Assembly: GCA_044892525.1 (NCBI GenBank)
Contig: CM097885.1
Coordinates: 236,656,001-236,720,000, forward strand
Length of the DNA: 64,000 nt
Source of the DNA: Schmidtea polychroa
Lineage: Eukaryota
Reading direction: 5' to 3'
The notes under the pieces were generated by a model. It was not told the origin of the DNA and did no database searches. It was given only the letters and a program-made list of their open reading frames with translations. Shown here one piece after another: positions 7,722 through 19,950 of this stretch. Within the stretch, counting starts at the first letter, position 1, and every line of letters starts with the position of its first letter. The translations under genes and the position numbers were made by a program.

Positions 7722-8870
7722 ATTGTTGTATTCTTATTATTATCATTATTGTTGTTATTATTATTGTTATTATTATTATTTTTTTTAAGTGCACTGTGGC
7801 ACAACTCAAAAAAAGGTATGTTTACTTTAGTGCACTGAGTGCATTTGATAAGGACTTTTATATTTGTTTTAGCACTAAATGCATTTTAAGTGCATGTGGA
7901 GATTGAATTATGTCTGATCGAGTTGTTGAATTTCGATTTTTTTATTTATTCTAATTTTACAATAAATCTCATTCGGTAATAGAAAAATTAATTATGTTAT
8001 AATTATGGAAAATTTCGCGAAAACAATTTCTACTTTGTAATTCAACAAATGAAAATAATAATTTATAGCTCAAAATTCCCGTGTTGTCTCTCGTTTGTTT
8101 TTTGCTATTTATTATTTTAAATAACCTTTTGACTAGTCACAGAGAACCAAAGTGAGTACTGGACAATTATAATATGCCGAGCATGCTCACTTTTGCCGGT
8201 ACTCAAACCCTTGATATAGTACCAACGTTGATCATTTAACGGGTACCAAGTGGTCAAATTTCCATTGTATTGTGGGTTACGCTGGAAACAGCACGGCGAT
8301 GTAAAAGGTTCGATTACCAGTAACCCATCAAGTACATGACAAAATCTAAAATACTCACCCTGTTGGTGTGCCACTCATCTGCTTGAGAGTTGGCGTGTGG
8401 TCCATTTGCTCTCAGTCTGTGGTGTTTGTAGTAAAAATTTGCAATGTCTGGCAGTCATCTCCGAGTGTGTCCATAAGTATGTGTGAGGGTGTATTTAGGC
8501 TGAGACAGTACCAAATTTTGGTGCGTTTCTGTGTTTATCATCGAGCCATCAGCGTGTATATTTTCACTGACTAAATTTTGTGTGTGTATATCGTCGAGCA
8601 ATCGGCGTGTACGTTTTCTCTGACCAAATTTTGTGATCAGTTTGTGTGCATTTTTGGACATGGAATTTTCTTAGACTTTGTGGATTTAATTAGACACCAA
8701 ATTGTTCGTGTTTAACTGTTAAACTAATATGGGTTGGTATTGTTAGGCAAAAGAGTGAAACTTAAACTAAAAACAAAATAATACAACAGTAGGAAAAAGG
8801 AATAATCAATAAATAATCAAAAAATACCGTAAAAACAAAATGAGTGTAATGATGGGAAATCTTAAAATAA

Positions 8871-11168
8871 ACCAATTCATTGACAGTGTTTGACTGTAGT
8901 AATCCCAAACTATCTCGGATATATTCGCTAGTAGATGCAATTGAGTGCAAAGAGGCGTATCCAGAGAAGGTTCATCAAGGGGAAAAGGTAGAATATTAAG
9001 TCTACCAAGAGAGTGAATTTTATAGAACTACAATAAAGGAATGTAGAATTCAGAGAGCTACATTTGAATATTATTGCGGTAGTAATAGCTATTCAGCTTT
9101 CCTATCCACAATATTAATCCCAAGGCCGGTAAACATGCCTAAAGATTGCCTAAATGCATTCCGAAAAGGAAGTGTGAGGATAGACAACGAGGTATCAATC
9201 TCGGCAGAAATTGGAAAAACATTGGGAATAAAAATCACTCGAGGAGGAACAATTGCCTTGGATGGAACCTGCGAAGGAAGAAAGAAAATTCGCGGTAGCA
9301 ATTTAGTTTCCTATGTGGTAGATATAAAAGATTACTCAGTGGAGTTACGAGAATAAGAGGGAACATTCGATGTGGCCACCAGGAAATTGATGGCACATCC
9401 ACAATGGAATGCCAAGTTCGGTAGTTGTTGAACGAGAATCACCACATTAATTTACGAACAAATGAGAGATCATTGTAAGTTGGCATTTCTCAAGAAAATA
9501 CCTTTTAGAAAATTAAATGGAACTAAATATCGGGACTCCCAGAATCCAGAAAAGGTTTGGGATAAAACAAAATCATTGAAGAAAATCAACAAACAAGAGA
9601 AGGAAGATATCGGAGAGGAAAACACACCTCTAGTGTTGATATCAGAAGACAAAACAGAAGCAATTCGATTTGTCCGAAAAGATAAAAAGACTAAATGTGG
9701 GAAAAGAGTATACGAGACGAACTACAAAGGAATCTTCCTGTCAAGGAAATATATTCGAGATGCCAAGACCTTACATATAAAGGATATCAAAATCAAAAAT
9801 TATATAAATAATAAAGTAGATTATTTATATCATGACTTGCATGGACAAATGCAGGATATGTATCAAGAGGTGATACTAAACGATTGTAAGCTAAATCGAG
9901 AAATAGTCCGAAATAGACTAGCAATATCTATCGTTAACCCAGAACTGGTTACTCCAATGTTATTGGAAGACGGAATGTTTGGCAGAATAATGGGAGAAGC
10001 TATATATAGCTGAGTGCAAACCAGTAGAAGTACAATTAGCCAGATTTAATCAACTGTCAGTATCCTATCAAGGAAAGTTGAGATTTGTCATGCCAGTAAC
10101 CAGAAATTTACTTGAGGAAAACGTTAAACCTCAACCAGCAATATGCAACCCAGCGATATCACCATTATACAAAATAAATGACATGTGGATATCCTTGCCG
10201 GAAAGAAAACCATCTACACAACGGGTAGAGACTTTTGAGGTGACTAATTTAAAGGATACTATGGAATTCAAGTCATTAGAGGAATTAGCAAAGGAGGGAT
10301 TTTCACTCCCGACGATATAGAGGAAGCAAGAAAGACATTGCTATTCCCACAAATCAGAGACAGGGGTATCACGGAAATTATAAGAATTATTTATCATGAT
10401 AGTTTAATACGACCAGATTACAATTTATTGTTCGGACCGGAACATTATAACGAAGCAGCAAAGAAATTAATGATGAAAATCTGGGGGCGATTTACCAATT
10501 TTTGTATTTTCGTCGCCGTATGTTCAGGGATTTACGTAATATTTGTAATTTTAAAGCTGATAATCACACAATTGATGTCAACATATAGTATATTCAAAAT
10601 TGGAGGATGGTCATGGAAACTACTATTAGGACTATGTCCTATGTGTGTAGAATTTGCATTAATTAAAGAAATTAGACAAAAACATTTGGTGAAACACGAA
10701 GTAATTGGAATAGAAATGGAGTATTCTAGTTATCGGGACGATAACAATTCAAAAGGAGGAGGTGATGAAGGCTCTTGTGAAACATCTTCAAGACCAAATC
10801 AATCACGAAAACAAAACTACAACAAAAAACCGATTCTGCAACAAAGAAAATCGAGATTTAAGGAATATCTACCTCCATATGACCAATCAAAGGAAATCTA
10901 CGTGAGAAGACAGTCCTCAGAAGGAGAATATGACAGTTCTGAGCAAAGATTTGATATAAGGTCAACCAAATTCAAGAGAAGCCCAAGATATGTACAATTG
11001 CCAACTTTGAGGAGTTTACCAAACGCACGAAACGATGGGTTGGAACATTCGAGGGAAATAACACTTAGAACAGGGCGCCACCAATGGAAAATTGGTAAAG
11101 ATACCATATTTAATAATTTGACATGTTCAACATTGCCAGAATTACCCACTATCCAAAGGAAGCATTAG
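8871..11168 (+). pseudogene. Decayed envelope glycoprotein, chuvirus G/herpes gB-like (class III fusogen) type
   Basis: Fragments VFDCSNP...IEC...YQESE...KECRI...YYCGSNS...DGTCEG...NDCKLNREI...GMFGRIMGEAIYS/ECKPVEV...FVMPVTRNL...CNPAISPLYKIND...WGRFTNF plus transmembrane segments. Multiple stops and frameshifts. Confidence 0.75.
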
Positions 11169-11289
11169 AGTCACTGAAAGCTAAATTTAAAGAATATAAT
11201 CCTCAACTGAATGACCCAGAATTACTGGAAGCAGAACAAACGAGAATCAATACAATCGGTATCTCGCACGATAGAATCCTGATGGTGGA

Positions 11290-11810
11290 TAACCCAGTGA
11301 ACTTGGATAAAAAGCCAATGATAAAATGATAGTGAACCGACATACAGTTAATGTCGGAGCAGATCGAAGCAAAATTGTTGAACCATCACGAATTACAGTC
11401 GTTAAAACCTGTAGGAGTAAAATTAACAGGAGCAAATAGAACCTCAATAAATGTAATAGGATCATTATCTTGCCAAATTAAGCTATGTGACCAAGAGCTC
11501 CATCACAACATCATAGTGATGAGAAGTCTCCCTGAAGAATGTCTATTAAGAATGGACATCCTAAAAAGATTAAGAGGAGTATTCGATTGTGCATCTGGAT
11601 TGCTAATCCGAGCACGAGGTAAAAAGAGGAAAATTTACAGCGACGATACAGCTTATATAGATCATACAACTATCATACCACCCAGACCGGAAACAGTATG
11701 CTTTGTGGCTACAAGCAATAGTTGGGAAGGTGAAATTGTATTCGAACCAGACGAAAGATTTTCGGAGAAATACAACATACCAGTTACTCATAGTGTTGGG
11801 CTGAGTCGAA
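11290..11810 (+). pseudogene. Retropepsin (Gypsy-type aspartic protease) remnant plus downstream spacer domain
   Basis: Degenerate active site VNVGADRS, frameshifted into LTGANRTSINVIG...CLLRMDIL, then TIIPPRPET...IVFEP. Confidence 0.65.
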
Positions 11811-12127
11811 AACGTAACTGTTGGAAAGTAGGAAAGTAAGAAAGTAGGAAGTTAAAGAAAATAAAAATAAAAAAAACGAAGTGAAGAATAAAATAGAATA
11901 GGATATAAGGAAAACAATAATTAGGTTATAAGAATTAAAACAAAAAATAAAAACATGAAAAATTAAAATAGAACAATAAGTTGACAAATAAATGGTGTAA
12001 AATTCAATAAATATTGAGGAAATTAAGAAAATAAATAAAAAATATAACAAAAATAAAGAAAAGTAAGGAAAATAACTAAAAAACAGGAAAAAGTAAATTA
12101 AAATCGAAAAATTAGCGGTACTCAATT

Positions 12128-12436
12128 CTGATTGGTCCGCACAAATAAAAATTTACTATATAAACAGGCACCAAAATCATTAAAATTACAGTTAACTCCA
12201 AAATTTTATAGGTAAGTGAAGTTTCTACAGTTGACAGTTAACTCCAAAATTTTATAGACAACAGCGACTTACAGAAATTCATTCAAGAGCCAGAGATATT
12301 AGCAAATCGACAATTAACCAAATCTACTTAGGTATTACCAGGAATTCTAGTTACGAATTATCGATGAAAATTTGAACGATTCTTAAGATCCAGTACTTTT
12401 CGATTCAGCCTAAATCTATCGGAGAATTTGGTAAGG
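12128..12436 (+). promoter_or_regulatory. Putative promoter and spliced 5' leader (CCAAT box, TATA, splice sites)
   Basis: ctgattggtc at 12128, ctatataaa at ~12156, gtaagt...tttatag at 12212-12257 and a second donor gtaagg at 12431. Confidence 0.35.
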
Positions 12437-14527
12437 AATTTTCTAATCTTATTTGTAGAATTACTTTTAAGTCATAATGTTAACTATATAAAATGAAACT
12501 GTAATGTTAATAGTACTTTTCATTTGATCCGATAAAATTTATAAATTTTATTTTTTCGATGTTTAATAAACGTATTATTTATGAATGGTTATGTTTTATT
12601 TTGCGATGAAATATAAAGTTTATGATTTTCAACTTCTTGAGTAACGTGGAGTTGAGAAACTTCCGGTCATGGTGAGAGGTGCCTTCGGGAGCTCCGCCGG
12701 TGGACCTGGAGTTTTTCAATCACGCAGCTTGATTGGGCAGAAATGTGAAGGCTTCTTCACGGGTCCAAACGCTGAAGGTGACTTAAAATCTGTCAGAATA
12801 TCGGAACATAGATTGAAATAAAACATTCGAAATTTGTAGAAGAATAAGTCATGTGCTTCACAGCGACTGAGAGTGTTCCCATAATAACTCTGTATTGTTA
12901 AGTGCTACCTTACCAGACATTCATGCCACTTCCGTCTATAAATCTGAGTTTACAATGTTGCTGGAAAATACACGTAACATTCATCACTGATTTTCTAACA
13001 TCTCGAAAATTTGAACTTGCATTCTGTAGCTTTTGGGAAAGTAAACCTAAGTTAGGTCCTCTCTTTCATAGTGTGACATTCAAGCCTAGATTATGATAAC
13101 GAAGTTGTAAAGAGGGAAAGTAAAACCTAAAACCACGACAATACTTTATTTAATCGCATATATTAACACAAACTAGTATTATTCATTGAAAATTTTTCAT
13201 ACAATTAAGTCAGAATATTCACTACTAAAATGTGCTTCGTAGTCTGGTTAGCTGGTTCGGAGAGATCTTACATCGTCTGAAACATCCAACGTTAAGTAAA
13301 TTGTGAGTCATATTAAATAAATCCAACGTTGCGAAATCGGACAGGAATAGACATGCGTTGTAACATTTAAAATTTATTTAGTGCGATCGGCAGTGGCAGA
13401 TAAATTTTCCCCGATTTATTCGGAATACCCACTCTTGAAATAGGGTTTACAGAGATCGATCGGCCGGTACAGAGGGATATTACATCGTTTAAATCTCCAT
13501 TATCAAAGAATTTTCGACTCATGCTAATATATTCCAATATCATAGTTCAGCGGAGTAACAACTAGAAATCGATATAATGGCAAAAATTCTCCAACACCAG
13601 ATGCGCAAGTAATGTCGAAATTCCACTAGATAACACCCATGCAGAGAAGTATAGTAGATAAGCGTTAATGGACTGTGAGTATAAATGAGAAATGACACTA
13701 CTAAAATACCACCCGGCATAGCATTGAAATCCACCACACGACATTTAACGAAATACCCGTCATCAGAGATAATGGCAGATAACATATTCCATTAACCACA
13801 GTAGTAGGTCATCGATTCACAAATGTTGACGTGGCGAATTTTGTATCGTACTAAGATAAGGGAAATAATCACCTGATGATTACCATCTGTAAAATTTACT
13901 CAGTAGATGCTTGTAGATGAAATATTATAAGTGCTAAATAGAAAATTTTCGATTAAACAATCACTGGTAACGGCTAGATTATTAAAGTAAACGATATAAT
14001 GAAATTGTTAATTAAAGAGCGGTGATTTTCCACTAAATAAAAAGAATACCAATTGAAAATACTACCAAGAGTAATTACGATGCGTTGTAAATAATAATTA
14101 AAGGCGAAAGAGGTAATAAAGGTAATTAAATAGATGCATAATGCGGTAGTCACTCGTGAATAAAACCCAGGAGTCAGGACAGAGGGACGTTGTGGGAAAG
14201 CGATTAGCGCAGCAAAATAGTAGTTTTTCGAATTAACGTATAATTTAGCGTTCCCTTTTTTAATAGAAGTGTCATGGTTAGCGAATTTTTCTAAATTTTG
14301 AAGTCACATTCCGTCTGCATTTGTCAACACCCTAATGCTAGTCGTTGATTAATAGTTTTGTAAAAGAAAGTGATAGTTATAAACCGTCTGGGGGGAAAGG
14401 GATCTCTTCTCCCCTACTCTTTATGTTTCTTTTTGTACTGGATCCCCAATATAGCCATCTGCACTGAAACAACGACTTTACAAAGTTAGTATAATTTGGC
14501 TATTGTAGTTATTCTTTATAGTCATCC

Positions 14528-15442
14528 ATGATGCCATCAAACGTCAAACCTGTTCTCCGTCCTTGCTTCTCCTGCTCCGACAAAAACGCTATAATCAAGG
14601 ATTTACAAACCCAGATCGGTCGATACAAACGTAAAATCGACGAGTTGGAAGGCACATGGTTCAGCCCAGTGCAAATGAAGGCAGTGCAGAAAAAGCTATA
14701 CCGTAGCGAGCACTGCCGGGACGCTCCAATCTCCGAGAGCCGCTCCCAACGAAGCTTAATTAAGGAACAATCCGAAGCGTTACATAAAGTATATGTACAA
14801 GCAACGACAACTAAAAAGATTGTTCAAATTCCTATCAACGAAGCTGATAATCTGTTCCCAGGGCACCACGACATCTCGGCGAAGTCTTCATCTCCATTTA
14901 GAAGATCTTGTCGTGAGTGCGTAGAGACTGAACTTTCACCAAAACACATGGATATTATCCTTACGGGGACTAGTAAAGCACAGCCTAATATCGCCTCTAC
15001 GTCTGCTACATCGCAGAATAACTCCACAGCTTCCAAATCCAAGCGTCGACAGCTGCCACGTGCCGAGCGCAAGAAGAGGCAGCGCCAGCGCGCGTTAACG
15101 AAAGCAAACGACCCTTCAACGGAAAACCCAATCGATATCGGTAGCTCTCACATATCCATCGATCTAACTACAGGACTCCCAGCGCGGATTATCTCGACCG
15201 CTGGTGTGGCATGGGAGGAAAATGCCTCCGAGTTCTTCGATTTGGACGAATTACTCGCTGACACCGAGTGGGAAAATGAGAACCCGCGGAGAACATTCAT
15301 AGGGATTGCAGATGATCCCGTCTACATTTTTGACGCTCCTTTCCTCCCTTCGAAGTACATCGCAGTGTATATAGCTGGAATTCTGTGTCATGATGTTGCC
15401 ATAAATAAAATTTTGTTGTTTTCATGCGTTTCCTTTTATTAG
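14528..15442 (+). CDS. Hypothetical 304-aa protein: CxxC, coiled coil, basic stretch, acidic motif; probably transposon-borne
   Basis: Long ORF that is GC-richer than its surroundings. LRPCFSC...KNAII.DLQTQIG matches a paralogue at 29033, and a splice acceptor lies just upstream in both copies. Confidence 0.6.
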   Translation: MMPSNVKPVLRPCFSCSDKNAIIKDLQTQIGRYKRKIDELEGTWFSPVQMKAVQKKLYRSEHCRDAPISESRSQRSLIKEQSEALHKVYVQATTTKKIVQIPINEADNLFPGHHDISAKSSSPFRRSCRECVETELSPKHMDIILTGTSKAQPNIASTSATSQNNSTASKSKRRQLPRAERKKRQRQRALTKANDPSTENPIDIGSSHISIDLTTGLPARIISTAGVAWEENASEFFDLDELLADTEWENENPRRTFIGIADDPVYIFDAPFLPSKYIAVYIAGILCHDVAINKILLFSCVSFY

Positions 15443-15814
15443 TAGTCTGACCTCGATTAATGGTTATGAGATAAAAATCTTGGAGATCCAGTAAATAATC
15501 ACCAATTGCATTTGACGTAATTTTGGTAAACGGTTGCATAATGTGAATGGACGTAAGCCCTTCTATCGGCAGTCGTGAATAGTAAGTCGAGGCCTCAGTA
15601 AGGAGTAGTCCTAAGGCAGGGGCTCACCTGCTTACTGGCGTCTCGCCGGCATAGTGCAGTTCCAACGTGAAGCAATTCACGGGCACTATGTTGGAGTATA
15701 GATTGTGCAGGGTCCTGCTCGGGGTTGAAGAAGAAGTAGCTATTTGACGCAGATGGGCAATCATCCCTTAGAGAAAAGAGTTAACGTGGAAGGAGTCGAC
15801 CGAGTAGTACCCCA

Positions 15815-16065
15815 GCAATAGTATAGGTTTAATAGTCAATGGTAGAATACCAATCAGGGTAACCAATCTGGACGTTAAACCACTATATTTATACCCAGAT
15901 ACCAGAGTGGGCAGAATCTGGAAACAAAACGAACTACAAGCCATGGTAGAGGGGTCGATACTCACCATAAAGGCAGAAGAAAGAGATCCAATCATCGAGT
16001 ACTACGATGCACTTACGGCCAATAGCAAAGTGCTAACCAGAAAGGAAAATATCCAAGAACAATAG
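15815..16065 (+). pseudogene. Gypsy post-protease spacer fragment
   Basis: Reads SIGLIVNGRIPIRVTNLDVKPLYLYPDTRVGRI, the motif that normally continues the IPPR...FEP segment broken off at ~11805. Confidence 0.5.
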
Positions 16066-16997
16066 AAAACATACAGAAATGAGGAACCTAGCTGAATAAA
16101 ATAGAAAAGTGGAAAGTAGAAATAGAAAAAAAACAAAAAAATACCGAAAATGGGATAATATTAAATTGTAAAATTTAAAAATTAAAGGAATTAAAAAAAA
16201 ATTATCTTAGAAATAAAATTAATTATTAAAAATATAAAATCGGAAATTCAAAATAAATCTATTTGGAACTAAAATTAATTATATTAAAATAGAAATAAAT
16301 TAGAAACATTAAAAATAGAAACGTAAAATAGAATTTAAGTTGGTAATAAAAGTAATTACATTAAAATGAAAAATTAAGGAGAATCACAAAAAGCAATATA
16401 CCTGAATATCAAAAACAAAATCAAAACCAGCTTCCAAAATAGCTATTAAACCACAAATAGGAAGGATATGTAGAACTTATAAAACCCATGACTAAGTAAT
16501 AACAGCTCATAATCTAAGTCCGTTCAATAAAAGGTAAAAATTAATTAACTAAAATTACAAAAAATGACATAAGCAATGTTGAAATAATATAAAGGAAACT
16601 TTAAAATGTCAGAAGTACCAACCACCCGAAACAAGGACAATTATGAGACAATGCATGAAACGAAATCTTAAATCAAACTTCATCGGTACAGGCAGGCTAG
16701 GTAGGAAACAACAGAGTGAATAATAAATAATAGAACATAATAAATATATAATTTGAATTAAAAAGTAAATAACAGAATATGAAATAAATAACAAAAGTAC
16801 CAACAATTAAAAAGACCAATCAATTTAAAATATATTTGAAAATAAATATAATGAAAATCAATGCACATGGGAGAAAAAAACTTTTAACATTCGGAACATT
16901 AAATTTTTGCACACAGGTAAGTTTGTGTGTTGCTATAGTATAATTTTATCGATTTTTTTTAGATTATAGAAACTTTTATATTCTGGATTTAGGTGTA

Positions 16998-18363
16998 CAG
17001 GTTACTCACTCTGTTGATGTGTGGTTCATTCGTCTGTTGTGTCTGTAAGTACACGTGTGAGTGCGATACACGAAGTGTGTTTTTCTTAAACTCAGTGTTT
17101 AACAAATTAACGTAAAAATAAGATATGTTTGTTGGTCAACGTGTGAGTGTAGGTACCGGCAATTCCAATGTACGAATTTGTGTGACATGACATGTTCGCA
17201 TGCATGTATTGATGTTGATGATTGTGATGCCGAAGCCGAATCTATATTTATTTATAAATTGTTGGTAATCGTCTGCACATTTGATTGCATTAATGATTAA
17301 ATGAGCTTGGTTTTAATTATGTTTGTTTTTAGGTCAAATTAAGAAAATAAGTATTTAATTTATTTAATGTATTTAATGTATTTAATTATCCGTTAAATTT
17401 TCATATTTAAGCTTGAATATCCAGTTTCATCAAGCATTTGGGGAGGAGTTTTTTAATATGACTATTCAAATGAATATATGATTTTGGAAAGTAGTATTCT
17501 ATGGTTTTGAAATTCCTCGTTAACTGCTAGGGATATTGCAGTAAATCAGTCATCGAAGGAAATTCTGTCTGCTAGGTTCATCAGCAGAGGGAACTTCAGA
17601 ATTTTATCATTTATCATTAGGAATTTATCATTGGAAGATTTGGCCATTCGGGATGTGGAAGAATTGCTAGCCGAACCAAATTTGGAAGAAGTGGAGTTAG
17701 TGACGATGGTCAACGAAACTTATACGGATTTACCAAGCTCAGACACTGATACTGAGAGTGATGCCGCAGAGCAAAACTTCACACTCAAATCATTAAGAGA
17801 AGGATTTGAGATGGCTAAAAAATTAGCAAACCATTTCCTTGACAATTATCCGTCAATCGACCGTAGTCTGAAAATTCAACGCGAGATAGAAAAATGCTTA
17901 GCTCCTTACAGAGAAGTCGAGAAAGAACTTAAAAAATCAAAAACAGGCTCTTATTACTGATTTCATAACCATAATCCAGAAACCACAAGCGACTAAAGAA
18001 GTGTCAGAAAATTATTCAAATGATGAAGAAGCACCAGTAAAAATGAATCAGCCACACATTACATATTTTTTCAGAGATTTTGAGAGTGATGATGAAGTTG
18101 AAAGTGATTATGATGGAATTTGTTAACCTTATCTATGGCCAATTTAAATTATGCCATATTTTTATTTTGATATTTATGCAAAATGAATTAATTTTACTAT
18201 TCTTTGTTAAATTTTGATTTGAAGTCTATTTGTATTTCAATCTTCTATTTTTGAACTGGATTCATGAACCAAACCCCATGAATTGTATTAATTGTTAGTC
18301 TCGATTAACACGATTTTAATTAGCACGGAGTATTCTTGGAACCAAGCTACCGAGGGTTACCTG
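16998..18363 (+). mobile_element. pogo/Tigger-type (Tc1/mariner) deleted element with C-terminal transposase remnant (17631-17960)
   Basis: DVEELL...FTLKSLREGF...DRSLKIQREIEKCLAPYRE is a Tigger/jerky-like C-terminus. Ends are TA|caggttac and ggttacctg|TA. Confidence 0.6.
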
Positions 18364-18710
18364 TATTAGAATATGATGCTAATAGTTGGGCAATAAGTAT
18401 TTCAGAATTAGTTATAATTGACTTTCAAAAAAAAACATTTATTTTACAACAGATCAACCGTCGAGTCTAATGTATGGACGAATGGACCTCATCAGTCAAC
18501 ATCATCCTATTTTCACAATGAGACTAATCAAGCAATGACCGTGTCAGCACCGTCAGGTACCTTACATCAATTATCTCTAAATTATACTATTATATTATTA
18601 TTGATTTAAACTGTTATTGATATTATATATAAAATTATAATAAATTATTTAAATAAATTACCCTTATTAAATAAATTAAAATTGTAAGCATCAGCCCACA
18701 CGAGAGGGTA

Positions 18711-19950
18711 GCGCCGCCCAAAAAGTTCCAAATATTAATAGAAAATTCTGGAACAAATAAGACACACACCGTTCCAGTTAACACAGATACTACAATTAAA
18801 GGTCTTTCCCAAAATTATAGCATATTAACTAATCACAAATGCCGTTTTCTCATGTCGTACAACGGCAACATCCTTTCTGACAGTCGTACCTTGGGCGATT
18901 ACGGAGTGACACCATACAGCGTCATTCATTGTTTGTTGCCACTTTCTGGCGGTTCCTCCGATTCGGAGAATGACTCAGGCAGCAACCCCAAACAGGCAAA
19001 ACATAAACATAGGTCCAACAACCAGCGATCAACGTACTTATGTCAATATTTTTTGGACGAGAATAACTCTCAACTTACTTGGCTGATAGCTACCGAACTA
19101 GAACTCGAGGGAATCGAGGTAACCAGTTCACGAGACAAATACTGTCGCATTTTGCCGTTGATTCCGCCGACGATATTGAGTAAACTTTCGTCCTTGATCC
19201 TTCGTACTTCGCCTACTAGCGTCAAAAACCCTTATGAAGAATTGCGTACGGCAATCCTCGATATTTTTAAGGAACCTACAGCTGCCGTCTTCACTAAATA
19301 CTTTAAGACGCAAACTTTGGGCAGCAGAAAACCATCACAGTTCTTGCATCACGCTATGGCAAAACTAACGCAAATACATCCGGAAGCTGCTGCGGATCAA
19401 AAACTCTTGAGGCAATTTTTTTCTGTCTGCTTTACCGACACACGCACAACAAAATTTAGCGCTTTCGTCAACAGCAGATGTGGTAGAGCTAGCAAAGATG
19501 GCCGACAAGATTAACGAAGTCGTGCCGCAACCATCAAGTAGCAGCACTAACCCCGAAATTTTATCTTCTTCTTCTTTGAAACCTTCGACCGAAGAAGCCT
19601 TACTTTGCGCTATTACAGGCCTCACTAAACGCATCAGCGAGCTTGAGAATAGCATGTCCACCAGGCGGACAAATGACGACAGACAATATGCCCAAAAATC
19701 ACACTTTGTGCAAAATACTCGTCAGCGTTCACCTTCTCCTGCAACCAGGAACCTGTGCCATTTCCATTTTAAGTTTCGTAACAAGGCACGGTTCTGTCAT
19801 CTAGGTTGCAATTGGCGAGATAAAGCACCATCCTGTCAGATACTTGACAAGTGTATATACCACGACAGGTTTGGATATAAAGCCTTAAAATGCTTCGAAG
19901 GCTGCTCCAATTACAAAAAGCAAAAACCAAGCAATCAAAAAAACTTATAA
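18711..19950 (+). pseudogene. Gag with an N-terminal ubiquitin-like domain and two C-x2-H-x9-C-x3-C motifs (frameshift near 19430-19480)
   Basis: The open frame upstream of 18852 reads FQILIENSGTNKTHTVPVNTDTTIKGL...SYNGNILSDSRTLGDYGVTPYSVIHCLLPLSGG. It continues to PYEELR and LGSRKPSQFL, then CHFHFKFRNKARFCHLGC and CIYHDRFGYKALKCFEGC. Confidence 0.8.

Noticed and set aside
7463..7804. 113-aa minus-strand ORF
   Set aside because: A chimera of (AAT)n, the inverted duplicate of 4956-5160 and the terminal repeat; not an independent gene.
7790..8760. GT-rich segment between the Polinton end and the env remnant, possibly an LTR
   Set aside because: No second copy, PBS or clear termini in the window, so it cannot be assigned.
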